Part shown: one piece after another, positions 8,506-17,763 of the stretch
Layout of the letters: every line of letters begins with the position of its first letter
How positions within the stretch are numbered: the first letter of the stretch is position 1
Origin: Naasia sp.
Lineage (GTDB): Bacteria > Actinomycetota > Actinomycetes > Actinomycetales > Microbacteriaceae
DNA length: 64,000 nucleotides
Reading direction: 5' to 3'
Assembly: GCF_025465545.1 (NCBI RefSeq)
Contig: NZ_JAODMK010000010.1
Span: 45,813-109,812 of the forward strand
The notes under the pieces: generated by a model
What the model saw: only the letters and a program-made list of their open reading frames with translations
Databases searched by the model: none
Told to the model about the DNA's origin: nothing
Made by a program: the position numbers and the translations under genes

Positions 8506-9552
8506 TCAGCGCAGCCCGGACACGCGGGCGAGCAGCCGCTCCAGCGGTCCCTTTCCCAGCCGGCTGCGCCAGAGCGCGGCGACGAGGAGGCTGCCGAGCA
8601 CGAGGGCGGCGAGCAGGCCCCACCGGGCGGTGTCGCTCGCCCCGCCGACGGGCTGCGCCGCGCGGAAGGCGGTGATGGCGAGGATCTGCGCGGTGTAGAT
8701 CGTGAGCGGCATGCCGCCGACGGCGGCCAGCGGGAACAGCACCGATCGAGCGACCGGGCTCCGGCTGCCCGCGAGGAGCAGCAGTCCGAGGACGGCGATC
8801 GCGAAGCCGCCCGCCCCTAAGGCCTCCCACGCCGTGCTCGAGTGGGCGGACGCATCGACGGCGAGCACGCGGGCCCCTCCGTAGCCGGCGACGGAGGCTG
8901 CCACGCCGACCACCACGAGCACGAGCTGCGTCCCCGGTCGGCGCAGGTCGCTGCGCCCCGCCGCGAGCCCCACGAGGAAGTAGCCCAGCCAGAGCAGCCC
9001 CGGGTAGTACCCGGTCACGAACCACTCGCTCGGCAGCCAGAGGAGCGGCTGCCCGCCGAACACTCGCGGGGGGTCGTCCGGTGCGGCAGCCAGCACGAGG
9101 GTTCCGACGGTCGCGAAGCCGAGCGCCAGGGCGAGGAGCGCCGGGCGCGGCAGGAACAGCACGGGCAGGAGCACCAGGAAGAAGATGCCGTAGTAGTCGA
9201 GGACCACCGCGATGCCGCTGTCCAGCCTCCAGAGCAGCAGCCCCAGCACCGCGAGGAAGATCCCCCGCAGCGCGACGGCGCGGACGAGGGCCGCCCGGCG
9301 GCCGCGGGGGGCCGGCTCCGCTCCACCGGTCAGAAGTCCCAGCGAGACCCCTGCCAGCGTGGCGAAGAGCACCGACGATCTCCCGTCGGCGATATTCTCC
9401 GAACCTCCGTCGGGGAGCACATGCGCGACGAACATGCCCAGGACGGCGAGCCCGCGGGCGAGATCCACGCCGACGATGCGGTCGGTGCCGGTCAGGACCC
9501 GTTCAGCCACACTGCGCCGCGACGGCGGACAGGGCCGAGCGGTCCGCGTCAT
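8506..9552 (-). CDS. DUF418/DUF1624-type acyltransferase-like membrane protein
   Basis: VGVDLARGLAVLGMFVAH signature followed by about 9 TM segments. An alternative GTG start at 9510 would reduce the overlap with the upstream gene to 8 nt. Confidence 0.7.
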   Translation of the reverse strand: MTRTARPCPPSRRSVAERVLTGTDRIVGVDLARGLAVLGMFVAHVLPDGGSENIADGRSSVLFATLAGVSLGLLTGGAEPAPRGRRAALVRAVALRGIFLAVLGLLLWRLDSGIAVVLDYYGIFFLVLLPVLFLPRPALLALALGFATVGTLVLAAAPDDPPRVFGGQPLLWLPSEWFVTGYYPGLLWLGYFLVGLAAGRSDLRRPGTQLVLVVVGVAASVAGYGGARVLAVDASAHSSTAWEALGAGGFAIAVLGLLLLAGSRSPVARSVLFPLAAVGGMPLTIYTAQILAITAFRAAQPVGGASDTARWGLLAALVLGSLLVAALWRSRLGKGPLERLLARVSGLR

Positions 9553-10243
9553 CGATGCCGAGGGCGTAGGTGACGAGCACCGCGGTGAACCGCTCCGCGT
9601 ACTCGCACGAGTAGTCCGCGTCGGGCGGCAGCCAGTCGGCCGGACCGGAGTCGGACTTGGCGGAGTTGGTGGGCCCGTCGACCGCCAGCAGGTTGAGCTG
9701 ATCGTTGGCGAACTGCGTCCGCTCGTCCCCGCTCCAGAAGGCGGCTCCGTGCTGCCAGGCCCAGCTGAGCGGAACGATGTGATCGATCTGCACGAGCTCG
9801 GAGGTGTCGTTGCCGCGCTGGAACCGGATGGTGGTTCCCGTGTAAGGATCCTGGAGCGTGCCCGTCAGCACCACGCAGTCGTGGGTGCCGCCCTTGAAGG
9901 TGGTGTCGGCGAGGTCTCGGGCGAGCACGTCGTTGCGCGCGTCGCAGCCGTTCCGGTCAGGGTCCTTCCACCCCTTGCCGAAGAGGTCCCGCTCGTAGCC
10001 GTCCACGGGTTCGCTGGGTGCGGCGGGCAGCGAGGCGATCGTGGTGAGCAGTCCCGCGTCCGCGGTCACGGCCGGGCGGGGGGAGGCCGGCGCGGCGCCG
10101 GTCGCTCTCGGGGAGCCGCCGACGGTCCAGAGCACGGCGATCACGACGGCGGCGAGCACGAGGATGATGCTGACCGCGGGCCCTCCCCCGCTTCTGCGCC
10201 GTCTGCTCACGCCGTCAGGGTAGGCGCGCGCCGGGCCCGGCAC
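9503..10243 (-). CDS. membrane-anchored DUF1524 (HNH-like) nuclease
   Basis: N-terminal TM anchor. GYERDLFG..W.D.D.NGCD.RN..L and QIDHIVPLS..W ... NLLAVDGPTNSAKSD match the DUF1524 His-Me finger pattern. Confidence 0.75.
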   Translation of the reverse strand: MPGPARAYPDGVSRRRRSGGGPAVSIILVLAAVVIAVLWTVGGSPRATGAAPASPRPAVTADAGLLTTIASLPAAPSEPVDGYERDLFGKGWKDPDRNGCDARNDVLARDLADTTFKGGTHDCVVLTGTLQDPYTGTTIRFQRGNDTSELVQIDHIVPLSWAWQHGAAFWSGDERTQFANDQLNLLAVDGPTNSAKSDSGPADWLPPDADYSCEYAERFTAVLVTYALGIDDADRSALSAVAAQCG

Positions 10244-10264
10244 CCGGAGGCGCGGCGGCCGGGC

Positions 10265-11608
10265 TCAGTTCGAGGCCCACCGCGGGGCCGCGGACCCCCA
10301 GGGGTCCCCCACGGTCCGCCAGTCCCGCGGCGCTCCGGTGAAGGCGAGGGCGGGGGCCGCGTAGGTGAGGTGCCCGCTCAGGGTTCTTCTGTGAAGCGTC
10401 CTAGGGAGGAGCGGCTCGGGCGCCGGCGGCTCCGGACGGTCGGCAGCGAGCAGTTCGGTCGCGATGCGCAGGAGCGAGGTCTCCACCAGCCAGGAGCCGC
10501 CCTCGCGGCGCTGCGCCCGGAGCGCCGACAGGATGCCGGCGGCGAGGAGGTAGCCCGCCGAGTGATCAAGGGCCTGTGCGGGAAGGACGCCGGGCTTGCC
10601 GTCCCGGAAGGTGACCGCGGCGATTCCGCTGGCAGCCTGCACGATGCTGTCGAAGCCCCGCCGGCCGCTCCACGGCCCTGACGTGCCCCAGGCGCTCAGC
10701 CGGGCGACGACGAGGCCCGGCCGACGGGCGACGAGTTCCGCCGGAGACAGCCCCCGGCCCTCCAGGGCGCCCGGCCGGTAGCCGAGCACGATCACGTGCG
10801 CGTCGCTCAGCAGCCTCTCGAAGGCCTCGCGATCCCTCGACAGGTGCAGCAGCGCCGAGCGCTTGCCCATGCCGGTGTCGAGGTGCTGGAATGCCGCCTC
10901 CGGCAGGTCGGGCGAGTCGAGGCGGAGCACTTCCGCCCCGAGCAGGGCCAGGGTGCGGGTGGCGACCGGTCCCGCGATGACACGGGTGAGGTCGAGCACC
11001 CGGACTCCGGCCAGCGGAACCGGCCCGCCGTCGATCGCCGGCAGGGGCTCGCCCTCTCCGATGCGGTCGCGCCGCAGCAGAGGCGCGCCTGTGACTGCTG
11101 CGCGCGCGGGCGCTGCTGCGGCCTCCGCTTCGGTTCGCACCGCGGCGGCGATTCCGTTCGCCGCCACGATCGCCTCCTCCGCCTCCTCCGCCGTCGTCTC
11201 CGTCAGGCGGGCGGCGAGGTGGGCAGGAGCGGCCTCCGCGGGCAGCCGGAGCGCGGTGAGCAGCCGGTCCCGATGGTGGGGGTAGTTGGCGTGGGTGCGG
11301 AGCCAGCCGTCCGCGGTGGGCCAGAACCCGGACAGCGGCGCCCATGCCGAGGGCAGCGCGCCGTCGAGCCGGAAGTGCCGCTCGCTCGTGTACGCGGTGG
11401 CCACGGTCGCCGGGTCGAGGCGGATCTCCCCCGCGCCCGGTCGCGCGAGCAGGGACACCGCTGCGACGCTGTCATGGGCGAGGATGCCGACGGGAAGCGG
11501 TGACGGCAGGAGGGGCAGCAGGGCGTCGCCGGTCGAGCGAACCTCGGCGGCGGACGACGGATCCTCGCCGAGGGCGGTCAGGATCGCGGGCAGGAAGGCG
11601 GAGCTCAC
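10265..11608 (-). CDS. CoA-transferase family III (CaiB/BaiF) protein
   Basis: VRVLDLTRVIAGPVATRTLALLGAEVLRLDSP is the canonical family III motif. Confidence 0.8.
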   Translation of the reverse strand: MSSAFLPAILTALGEDPSSAAEVRSTGDALLPLLPSPLPVGILAHDSVAAVSLLARPGAGEIRLDPATVATAYTSERHFRLDGALPSAWAPLSGFWPTADGWLRTHANYPHHRDRLLTALRLPAEAAPAHLAARLTETTAEEAEEAIVAANGIAAAVRTEAEAAAAPARAAVTGAPLLRRDRIGEGEPLPAIDGGPVPLAGVRVLDLTRVIAGPVATRTLALLGAEVLRLDSPDLPEAAFQHLDTGMGKRSALLHLSRDREAFERLLSDAHVIVLGYRPGALEGRGLSPAELVARRPGLVVARLSAWGTSGPWSGRRGFDSIVQAASGIAAVTFRDGKPGVLPAQALDHSAGYLLAAGILSALRAQRREGGSWLVETSLLRIATELLAADRPEPPAPEPLLPRTLHRRTLSGHLTYAAPALAFTGAPRDWRTVGDPWGSAAPRWASN

Positions 11609-11641
11609 GCCGTCATTCTGGCGGTGCTCCGTCCCCGGGCG

Positions 11642-12136
11642 TCACGTGCCGCGCCCGCGGTCCGCCTCGCCCTCGCGCCAGCCGAGCACCGTCCGGTTGT
11701 CCTCGGCGTAGGTGCACTCGGCTCGCACGAGGTCGCCGGCGAGTGCACGCGGCAGCCAGAGTCGCGCGTCGTCCCACATCTCCCCGAGGGGCAGCTCGGC
11801 GACCGGGAACCAGGACGGAACCAGCTCGGCGCTCGCCCGGGCGTCGCCGGTCCACCTGGTCGCGAGGAACGCCGTGGAGCGCTGGCTCCAGGCCGGGCGG
11901 TGCGGGAAGTCGTAGGCGAGCTCCGCCACGCGGACGAGGTCCGGTGCGGCCACCGAGATGCCGACCTCCTCCTCGACCTCGCGTGCTGCCGCGGTCGCGG
12001 CGTCCTCGCCGGGCTCCAGCTTGCCGCCCGGGCCGACGATCCGACCCGCGCCGATGCCGGTCAGCTTGCGCCCGAGCAGGACCTCGGTGCCGGTCGGGGT
12101 CATGCGCAGCAGATAGGTGACGGCGACCGCGAACAT
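11642..12136 (-). CDS. NUDIX hydrolase (MutT-like)
   Basis: Nudix box GPGGKLEPGEDAATAAAREVEEEVG. Confidence 0.85.
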   Translation of the reverse strand: MFAVAVTYLLRMTPTGTEVLLGRKLTGIGAGRIVGPGGKLEPGEDAATAAAREVEEEVGISVAAPDLVRVAELAYDFPHRPAWSQRSTAFLATRWTGDARASAELVPSWFPVAELPLGEMWDDARLWLPRALAGDLVRAECTYAEDNRTVLGWREGEADRGRGT

Positions 12137-12160
12137 GGCTCGAGGCTACCGAGGCTTCCG

Positions 12161-13258
12161 TCAGAGGGTCGCCGCGGTGGGGTCCCAGTCCTCCGGCAGC
12201 GGGTCCGGCCGCTCGACCGTGCTCTCGACGGCGACCGGAGCCCCCTGCGTCACCGAGTCCGAGATGGACGCCATGATGTCGAGCACGTGGAAGGCCTGCG
12301 CTCCCGAGGCGCGCTCGGTGCGGTCGGCCCGGATCGCGCGGGCCAACTCGAGCACGCCGATGCCGCGCCACAGCGAGAAGGTGGTGCGGTCCGTCCTGTC
12401 GCCTGCGGCGGAGTGCACGACCACGTCGCCGTCGAAGTTGTTGGGATCCGGCGACACGACGGTGCCATCGGTCCCCGCCACCTCGACGAAGCCGGTGCGC
12501 TCCAGGTGGGACTGGAAGCTGAACACGCACTGCGCGCTCGCCCCGCTCTCGAACTCCAGCATGGCGCTCACGTGGCTCGGCACGGCCACCGGGATCGACT
12601 CCCCCGCCCTCGGGCCCGAGCCGACTGTGCGGGTCTCGTGCGAGGTCGAGCCGAGCGCGTAGACGCTCTTCACCGGACCGAACACCTGGATCAGCTCGGT
12701 GAGGTAGTACGGGCCCATGTCGAACAGGGGCCCGCCGCCCGGCGCGTAGAAGAAGTCCGGGCTGGGGTGCCACCGCTCCGGACCGCCGGTCTGGAACAGT
12801 GTCAGTGCGGTGAGCGGGACGCCGATGCTGCCGTCGTCCACGCGTCGCCGCACGGTCTGCAGACCGGGGCCGAGAAACGTGTCGGGGGCGCAGGAGACCC
12901 GCAGCCCTCGCCTCTTGCCCTCCTCGAGCAGAGCCCGTCCGCTCTCCCGGTCCAGCGCGAGGGGCTTCTCGCTCCACACGTGCTTGCCCGCCGCCAGGAC
13001 TCGCATGCCGACCTCGGCATGCACGGCCGGAATCGTGAGGTTCACCACGATCTCGATGTCGTGCCGCGCGAGGAGCTCCGCCGCCGAGCCGGCGCCCGGC
13101 ACGCCGTACTTCTCCGCCTGTGCAGCGGCTCGCTGCTCGTCCAGGTCCGCCACGAAGAGCACCTGCACGTCCGGCAGCGACGTGAGAGTGCGAAGGTACT
13201 GATCGCTGATGTTTCCCGCGCCGATGACGCCGACGCCGACCGGGCCCGTCCCGCTCAC
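12161..13258 (-). CDS. Gfo/Idh/MocA family oxidoreductase
   Basis: Rossmann motif VGVIGAGNISDQYL, plus EKPLA. GTG start at 13258 forms a GTGA overlap with the upstream stop. The 517-aa ORF-track version is an arginine-rich over-extension. Confidence 0.85.
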   Translation of the reverse strand: MSGTGPVGVGVIGAGNISDQYLRTLTSLPDVQVLFVADLDEQRAAAQAEKYGVPGAGSAAELLARHDIEIVVNLTIPAVHAEVGMRVLAAGKHVWSEKPLALDRESGRALLEEGKRRGLRVSCAPDTFLGPGLQTVRRRVDDGSIGVPLTALTLFQTGGPERWHPSPDFFYAPGGGPLFDMGPYYLTELIQVFGPVKSVYALGSTSHETRTVGSGPRAGESIPVAVPSHVSAMLEFESGASAQCVFSFQSHLERTGFVEVAGTDGTVVSPDPNNFDGDVVVHSAAGDRTDRTTFSLWRGIGVLELARAIRADRTERASGAQAFHVLDIMASISDSVTQGAPVAVESTVERPDPLPEDWDPTAATL

Positions 13259-13998
13259 AGCTGCTCCCCCTGCCCGACCAGGTACTCGACGCTCGCCCGG
13301 ACGCCGTCGAACACGTCGCCGGCGTAGTCGTCGAACTCGATCACGCGCAGCGCATCCGGTGCGGCTTGCAGGAGCGCCGGCACGTCGATCGCCCCCTGCC
13401 CGGCCGGGACCTGCTCGCGCGTCTCGCGGGTGCCGGGCCCGTCCTTCACGTGCAGGAAGCGCACCCGGTCGCCGAGCGAGCCGAGAAGGCGAACCGGATC
13501 CGCTCCGCCTGCAACAGCCCAGTAGGCGTCGAGCTCCAGCACGACGGCAGGGTCCAGGCGATCGGCGAGGACCTCGAGTGCGGTGGCGCCGCCGATGTCC
13601 GCGAACTCGAACCAGTGGTTGTGGTAGCCGAGGCGCACGCCGGCGTCGGCGGCGAGCTCGGCGGCGGCGTTGAGGTCGTCGGCGACGGACAGGACGCCTT
13701 CGCGCGTGGTCCACCGCTCTGGCTCGATGAACGGGTCGATCACGGTGCCGACGCCGATCATCCGGGCCGCGGCGAAGATCGCCCGCTGGTCCTCGCCGAG
13801 AAGGCGGGCGTGCGCGGAGGGAACCGTCAGGCTCAGCTGCGGCAGCAGCGCGCTGTACTCGTCGGCGCGGTCGACGAAGCCGAACAGCTCGACCTGGCGG
13901 AAGCCCAGATCAGCGACCCTCTGCAGCGCTGAGCGGAGGTCCGCGGCGATCGCATCCCGGACGGAGTACAGCTGAAGCGAGAGAGTGGATGACGTCAT
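13255..13998 (-). CDS. sugar phosphate isomerase/epimerase (xylose-isomerase-like TIM barrel)
   Basis: Starts at internal ATG 13998 (MTSSTLSLQLYSVRD...). GYHNHWFEF and FLHVKDG motifs. Confidence 0.8.
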   Translation of the reverse strand: MTSSTLSLQLYSVRDAIAADLRSALQRVADLGFRQVELFGFVDRADEYSALLPQLSLTVPSAHARLLGEDQRAIFAAARMIGVGTVIDPFIEPERWTTREGVLSVADDLNAAAELAADAGVRLGYHNHWFEFADIGGATALEVLADRLDPAVVLELDAYWAVAGGADPVRLLGSLGDRVRFLHVKDGPGTRETREQVPAGQGAIDVPALLQAAPDALRVIEFDDYAGDVFDGVRASVEYLVGQGEQL

Positions 13999-14151
13999 CG
14001 GCGATCCCTGCGAACGAGTGCGAGCGGTGCGGCAGGAGAGCCGCTTTCCCTCCAAGCCTATGCCGCGGTGCCGACTGTGCACTCTCCGGCGGGTGCGTTC
14101 CCGGAGCCTCTCGACGGTGTCGTATCGTCGTCGGAACGAAAGGGGCGGCAG

Positions 14152-14478
14152 GTGCATTCACTCGAGGACTTGAGGGCGGAAGCGCGCAACGAGCTGGACG
14201 CAGAGATCGAGCGACGCTGCCGCGACGGGGAGGATCCGTGGCAGTTCGCGCATGAGCTGCCGACCGTCGATGAGCGGGTCGTCCGCATCCTGCGGGCCGA
14301 CACGATCGTCGCGAACGGGCTGCGCGAGCAGCGGTCGCAGGCCTATCACCCGACGGCGCGCCCGGGACAGGCCGAGCAGTTCGAGTTCGGCGTGCTCCGC
14401 TCCATCGCGCTGCAGCACCCGGACCTCACCCGCACCGTCTGGAGCATGCTCGGCCGGATCGATCTCAAGGCGGCCTGA
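14152..14478 (+). CDS. hypothetical protein (108 aa)
   Basis: GTG at 14152 with GAAAGGGG 7 nt upstream. GC3-biased. No recognisable domain. Confidence 0.45.
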   Translation: MHSLEDLRAEARNELDAEIERRCRDGEDPWQFAHELPTVDERVVRILRADTIVANGLREQRSQAYHPTARPGQAEQFEFGVLRSIALQHPDLTRTVWSMLGRIDLKAA

Positions 14479-14571
14479 GGCTCCTCCGCGAAGAGCGGCC
14501 CTCCTCCGCGGCCCACCAGCGGGCTCCTGCACACAGCGGTCCGGGGAGGTCAAGGGGGCCGTCCGCCTCCG

Positions 14572-16233
14572 ATGCCCCTGCCTACGATGGCGCACGTGAA
14601 CCGAGCAGACCGAGCGAGCATCGAGGAGGCCGCCCGGCTGTTCGGGTGGGACGAGCTGAGGCCCGGCATCGAAGAGGCGGTGTCCGCCGTCCTCTCCGGC
14701 CGCGATGTGCTCGCGGTGCTGCCGACGGGGTACGGCAAGTCCGCGGTCTACAAGATCGCCGGCGCCCTGCTCGACGGGCCCACCGTGGTCGTCTCCCCCC
14801 TGATCGCCCTGCAGGCGGATCAGGTGGCCGGCATCGACGCCCGAGAGGACGCTCCCGACGCAGGAGCGATCAACTCCTCGCAGAGCGACGGGGTGAACGA
14901 CGCGGTCTGGACGGACCTCGCCGAGGGGCGCACCACCTACGTCTTCCTCTCCCCGGAGCAGCTCGCGAACGACGAGGTGGTCGAGCGGCTCAAGGGGCTC
15001 TCGGTCGCACTCTTCGCCGTCGACGAGGCGCACTGCGTCTCGGCTTGGGGGCACGACTTCCGGCCGGACTACCTCCGCCTCGGCGAGGCGATCGAGGCGC
15101 TCGGCCGCCCGCGGGTGCTCGCGCTCACCGCGACCGGATCCGGCCCGGTGCGGGAGGAGATCCTCGAGCGTCTCCGGATGAAGGATCCGGTGGTGATGAC
15201 CCGCGGATACGACCGGCCGAACATCCGGCTGGAGGTCGTGCGTCACCAGGAGGGCAGGCAGCAGCGCAGCGCGGTGCTGGATCAGCTCGCGGAGCTCCCG
15301 AAGCCCGGCCTGCTCTACGTGGCGACGCGGCGGGAGACCGAGGAGTACGCCGCCGAGCTGACCGCGCGCGGCATCCGGGCGACCGCCTATCACGGGGGGC
15401 TCGGTGCGAAGGCGCGAAGGGAGCTGCACGAGCAGTTCCGGGACGACCGGTTCGACGTCGTCGTGGCCACCAGCGCGTTCGGCATGGGCATCGACAAGGG
15501 CAACATCCGGTTCGTCGTGCACGCCGCCATCACCGAGTCGGTCGACAACTACTACCAGGAGGTCGGCCGGTGCGGCCGCGACGGCGAGTCCGCCGTGGCC
15601 ACGCTGCACTACCGCCCGGAGGACCTCGGGCTGCGCACCTTCTTCGCGTCCGGCAAGCCGGATCGCGGCAGGCTCGAGCGGGTCTTCACCGCGATCGACT
15701 CGGCCGCACGTGCCGTCGACCAGACCGAGCTGGTCGAGCAGACCGAGCTGACGGCACGCCGGGTGGCGGAGGCCGTGAACCTGCTGCTGGAGGCGGGCGC
15801 CGTGCGGCAGACCGCCCGTGGCCTGCGTCCCGCCCGCGGCGCAACCCTCGAGACGGCTCTCGCCGGGGCGCTGGAGGCGGCAGAGCATCGGGAGCGGATC
15901 GACGAGTCGCGCATCGCGATGGTGCGCCAGTACGCCGAGACGCTCGGCTGCCGGCGCCAGTTCCTGCTCGGCTACTTCGGTGAGCAGCTCGACGAGCCGT
16001 GCGGCAACTGCGACACCTGCTCGAGCGGCACCGCCTACGAGGCCGCGACCGCGGAGCCGACCAAGTCGAGTCCGTTCCCCGTCGACGCCGCCGTGCGGCA
16101 TCGCGAGTGGGGCGACGGCACGGTGATGAGCGTCGAGGACGACCGCATCACGGTCTTCTTCGACACCGAGGGCTATCGGGTGCTCTCGCTGCCGGTCGTC
16201 GAGGAGCACGATCTGCTGCAGCTGGTGAGCTGA
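14572..16233 (+). CDS. recQ: RecQ family ATP-dependent DNA helicase
   Basis: Motif I LPTGYGKS, DEAH box VDEAHCVSAWGHDFRPDY, ATSAFGMGID, the Zn-binding CGNCDTC, and a C-terminal EWGDGTV-type domain. Confidence 0.9.
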   Translation: MPLPTMAHVNRADRASIEEAARLFGWDELRPGIEEAVSAVLSGRDVLAVLPTGYGKSAVYKIAGALLDGPTVVVSPLIALQADQVAGIDAREDAPDAGAINSSQSDGVNDAVWTDLAEGRTTYVFLSPEQLANDEVVERLKGLSVALFAVDEAHCVSAWGHDFRPDYLRLGEAIEALGRPRVLALTATGSGPVREEILERLRMKDPVVMTRGYDRPNIRLEVVRHQEGRQQRSAVLDQLAELPKPGLLYVATRRETEEYAAELTARGIRATAYHGGLGAKARRELHEQFRDDRFDVVVATSAFGMGIDKGNIRFVVHAAITESVDNYYQEVGRCGRDGESAVATLHYRPEDLGLRTFFASGKPDRGRLERVFTAIDSAARAVDQTELVEQTELTARRVAEAVNLLLEAGAVRQTARGLRPARGATLETALAGALEAAEHRERIDESRIAMVRQYAETLGCRRQFLLGYFGEQLDEPCGNCDTCSSGTAYEAATAEPTKSSPFPVDAAVRHREWGDGTVMSVEDDRITVFFDTEGYRVLSLPVVEEHDLLQLVS

Positions 16234-16280
16234 CCGCCCGCCCGGCGTAGCGTGAGAAGACCCAAGGAAAGGAGCACGGA

Positions 16281-16535
16281 ATGAGTGACACCATCCCCGA
16301 CGGCGGAGGATTCGACGACGAAGCGGTCGACGCGACAGGCAAGCAGACCGTCACCAACGACGCGGTGGCGGGCGAGACCGTGCTGCCCGGAGTCGGCGAG
16401 GGCAACGACGGTCCCACCGGCGGCGCAGCCCGCGAGCTGGAGCCCGGCCTCCCCGAGAACGACCTTGAGGGCGAGGAGATCGTCGGCCTCCGCGACGAGG
16501 GCCCGAGCGGCCCCGTCCGCGAATCGCACGCCTGA
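16281..16535 (+). CDS. small highly acidic, low-complexity protein (84 aa)
   Basis: RBS AAAGGAG 7 nt upstream. Very strong GC3 bias. About 25% D+E, no hydrophobic core. Confidence 0.6.
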   Translation: MSDTIPDGGGFDDEAVDATGKQTVTNDAVAGETVLPGVGEGNDGPTGGAARELEPGLPENDLEGEEIVGLRDEGPSGPVRESHA

Positions 16536-16882
16536 TGGCCGGGCGCAGCACTCCCCCGCCACCCGACCACGAGGACAAGCCGGTGGCCGAGGACAGCAAG
16601 GCGAGGATCGGCGCGCGGCTGACCGGCCAGGACGATCCGAAGGATCCCGACGGGCTGATCACGCTCGACGACGTCCCCGGCGCGACGGGCGTGCGCGCCG
16701 GCGTGGCCGAGCAGGGCGCGGGCGCGAGCATCGGCGGCGCCGCCCCGGGCGGCAGCATGCCGGAGCGCGTCGTGGGGGCCGACGCGCCCTCGATGAGCTC
16801 CCTCGACAGCAGCGGGGACTCGCTCGGCGATGACGCAGCGCTCCCCGGCGGCGACCGCGCCGGCGAGGAGACGCCGGACTAG
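16535..16882 (+). CDS. acidic Gly/Ala/Asp-rich disordered protein (115 aa)
   Basis: ATG overlaps the upstream TGA (TGATG, 16533-16537). GC3-biased. A hairpin follows. Confidence 0.5.
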   Translation: MAGRSTPPPPDHEDKPVAEDSKARIGARLTGQDDPKDPDGLITLDDVPGATGVRAGVAEQGAGASIGGAAPGGSMPERVVGADAPSMSSLDSSGDSLGDDAALPGGDRAGEETPD

Positions 16883-16912
16883 CCCCCGGCGTTCGCGGGC
16901 GGGCGCCGGGGG
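16883..16912 (+). terminator. hairpin after the acidic-protein pair
   Basis: CCCCCGGCG (16883-16891) pairs with CGCCGGGGG (16904-16912): perfect 9-bp stem. Confidence 0.55.
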
Positions 16913-16957
16913 CCGTCGGCGCGGACGAAATGTGGAGCAGAAGAGCTCGTCTGCGGA

Positions 16958-16986
16958 TTGACTCATTCGAACATCTGTTCGAACAT
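16958..16986 (+). promoter_or_regulatory. SOS promoter with LexA (Cheo-type) operator upstream of imuA'
   Basis: TTGACT (16958-63), 17 nt, GAACAT (16981-86). The spacer contains a perfect TCGAAC-ATCT-GTTCGA (16967-16982). Confidence 0.8.
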
Positions 16987-16991
16987 GGAGT

Positions 16992-17762
16992 GTGGCAACC
17001 TTCGCGCTCTCCTCCGCCGCCGCGGCGGACGAGAAGGTGCGCGAGCTGCAGGCCCGGATCCGGGAGATGCAGTCGACGCGGCTGACGACCAAGACCCTCG
17101 CCACCCATCCGATGTTCTCGGGGATACTGCCCGACGGGATGCTCCAGGCGGGGGCGGCGTACTCGGTGCGGGGCTCGATGACGCTGGCCATGGCGATGCT
17201 CTCCGCCCCCTCCGCGGCCGGATCCTGGTGCGCGGTCGTCGGCGTGCCCGAGTTCGGAGCGCAGGCCGCCGCGGCGCACGGCATCGCGCTCGATCGCCTG
17301 GTGCTCGTGCCCGAGCCCGCCGATCAGTGGCTCGCCGTGACCTCTGCCCTCCTCGATGTGCTGCCGCTCGTCGTCCTCAAGCCCGCCGGCCGCATCAGCG
17401 ACGCGGACGCCAGCCGGCTCGCCGCGCGCCTGCGGAAGCGTGAGGCGGCACTCATCGCCCTCGGCGACTGGCCGGGCAGCGAGGCGAAGCTCGAGATCGT
17501 GCGCAGCGAATGGGAGGGGATCGGCGCCGGTCACGGCATCCTCCGCCGGCGCAGGGTCGAGGTGAGCGTGGAGAGCCGAGGGAAGTGCACCCGCTCCCGG
17601 TGGATCGACCTTCCCGGGCCCGATGCGGGAGCGACGGCCGGCGAGAGGGTCGAGCAGGCCGCTCCGCCCGAGTGGCCGGAGCTCGCCCCCGTCGCGACCC
17701 TGACCGCCGTGCCCGCCCGATCGGAGTTCGCCTCCCTGGGGTCAGCGGAGAGGGCCGGCTAG
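16992..17762 (+). CDS. imuA: ImuA'-like (RecA-fold-like) mutasome accessory protein
   Basis: Sits directly downstream of the LexA box and upstream of the imuB-like gene. Length about 256 aa. N-terminal ELQARIREMQ helix and an AYSVRGS..LAMAML P-loop-like remnant are typical of ImuA/ImuA'. Confidence 0.7.
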   Translation: MATFALSSAAAADEKVRELQARIREMQSTRLTTKTLATHPMFSGILPDGMLQAGAAYSVRGSMTLAMAMLSAPSAAGSWCAVVGVPEFGAQAAAAHGIALDRLVLVPEPADQWLAVTSALLDVLPLVVLKPAGRISDADASRLAARLRKREAALIALGDWPGSEAKLEIVRSEWEGIGAGHGILRRRRVEVSVESRGKCTRSRWIDLPGPDAGATAGERVEQAAPPEWPELAPVATLTAVPARSEFASLGSAERAG

Positions 17763-17763
17763 C

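Noticed and set aside
9503-10243. The DUF1524 nuclease as a GmrSD-type restriction enzyme.
   Set aside because: It has no DUF262 (ParB-like) N-terminal domain and instead carries a membrane anchor or signal. That is more consistent with an extracytoplasmic nuclease.
14158-16209. 683-aa minus-strand ORF, plus several 300-550-aa ORFs elsewhere (for example 2492..4081 -, 45347..46975 -, 56615..58225 -).
   Set aside because: All are shadows of well-supported genes on the other strand or in another frame. They have no RBS, no motifs and Arg/Pro-rich composition.
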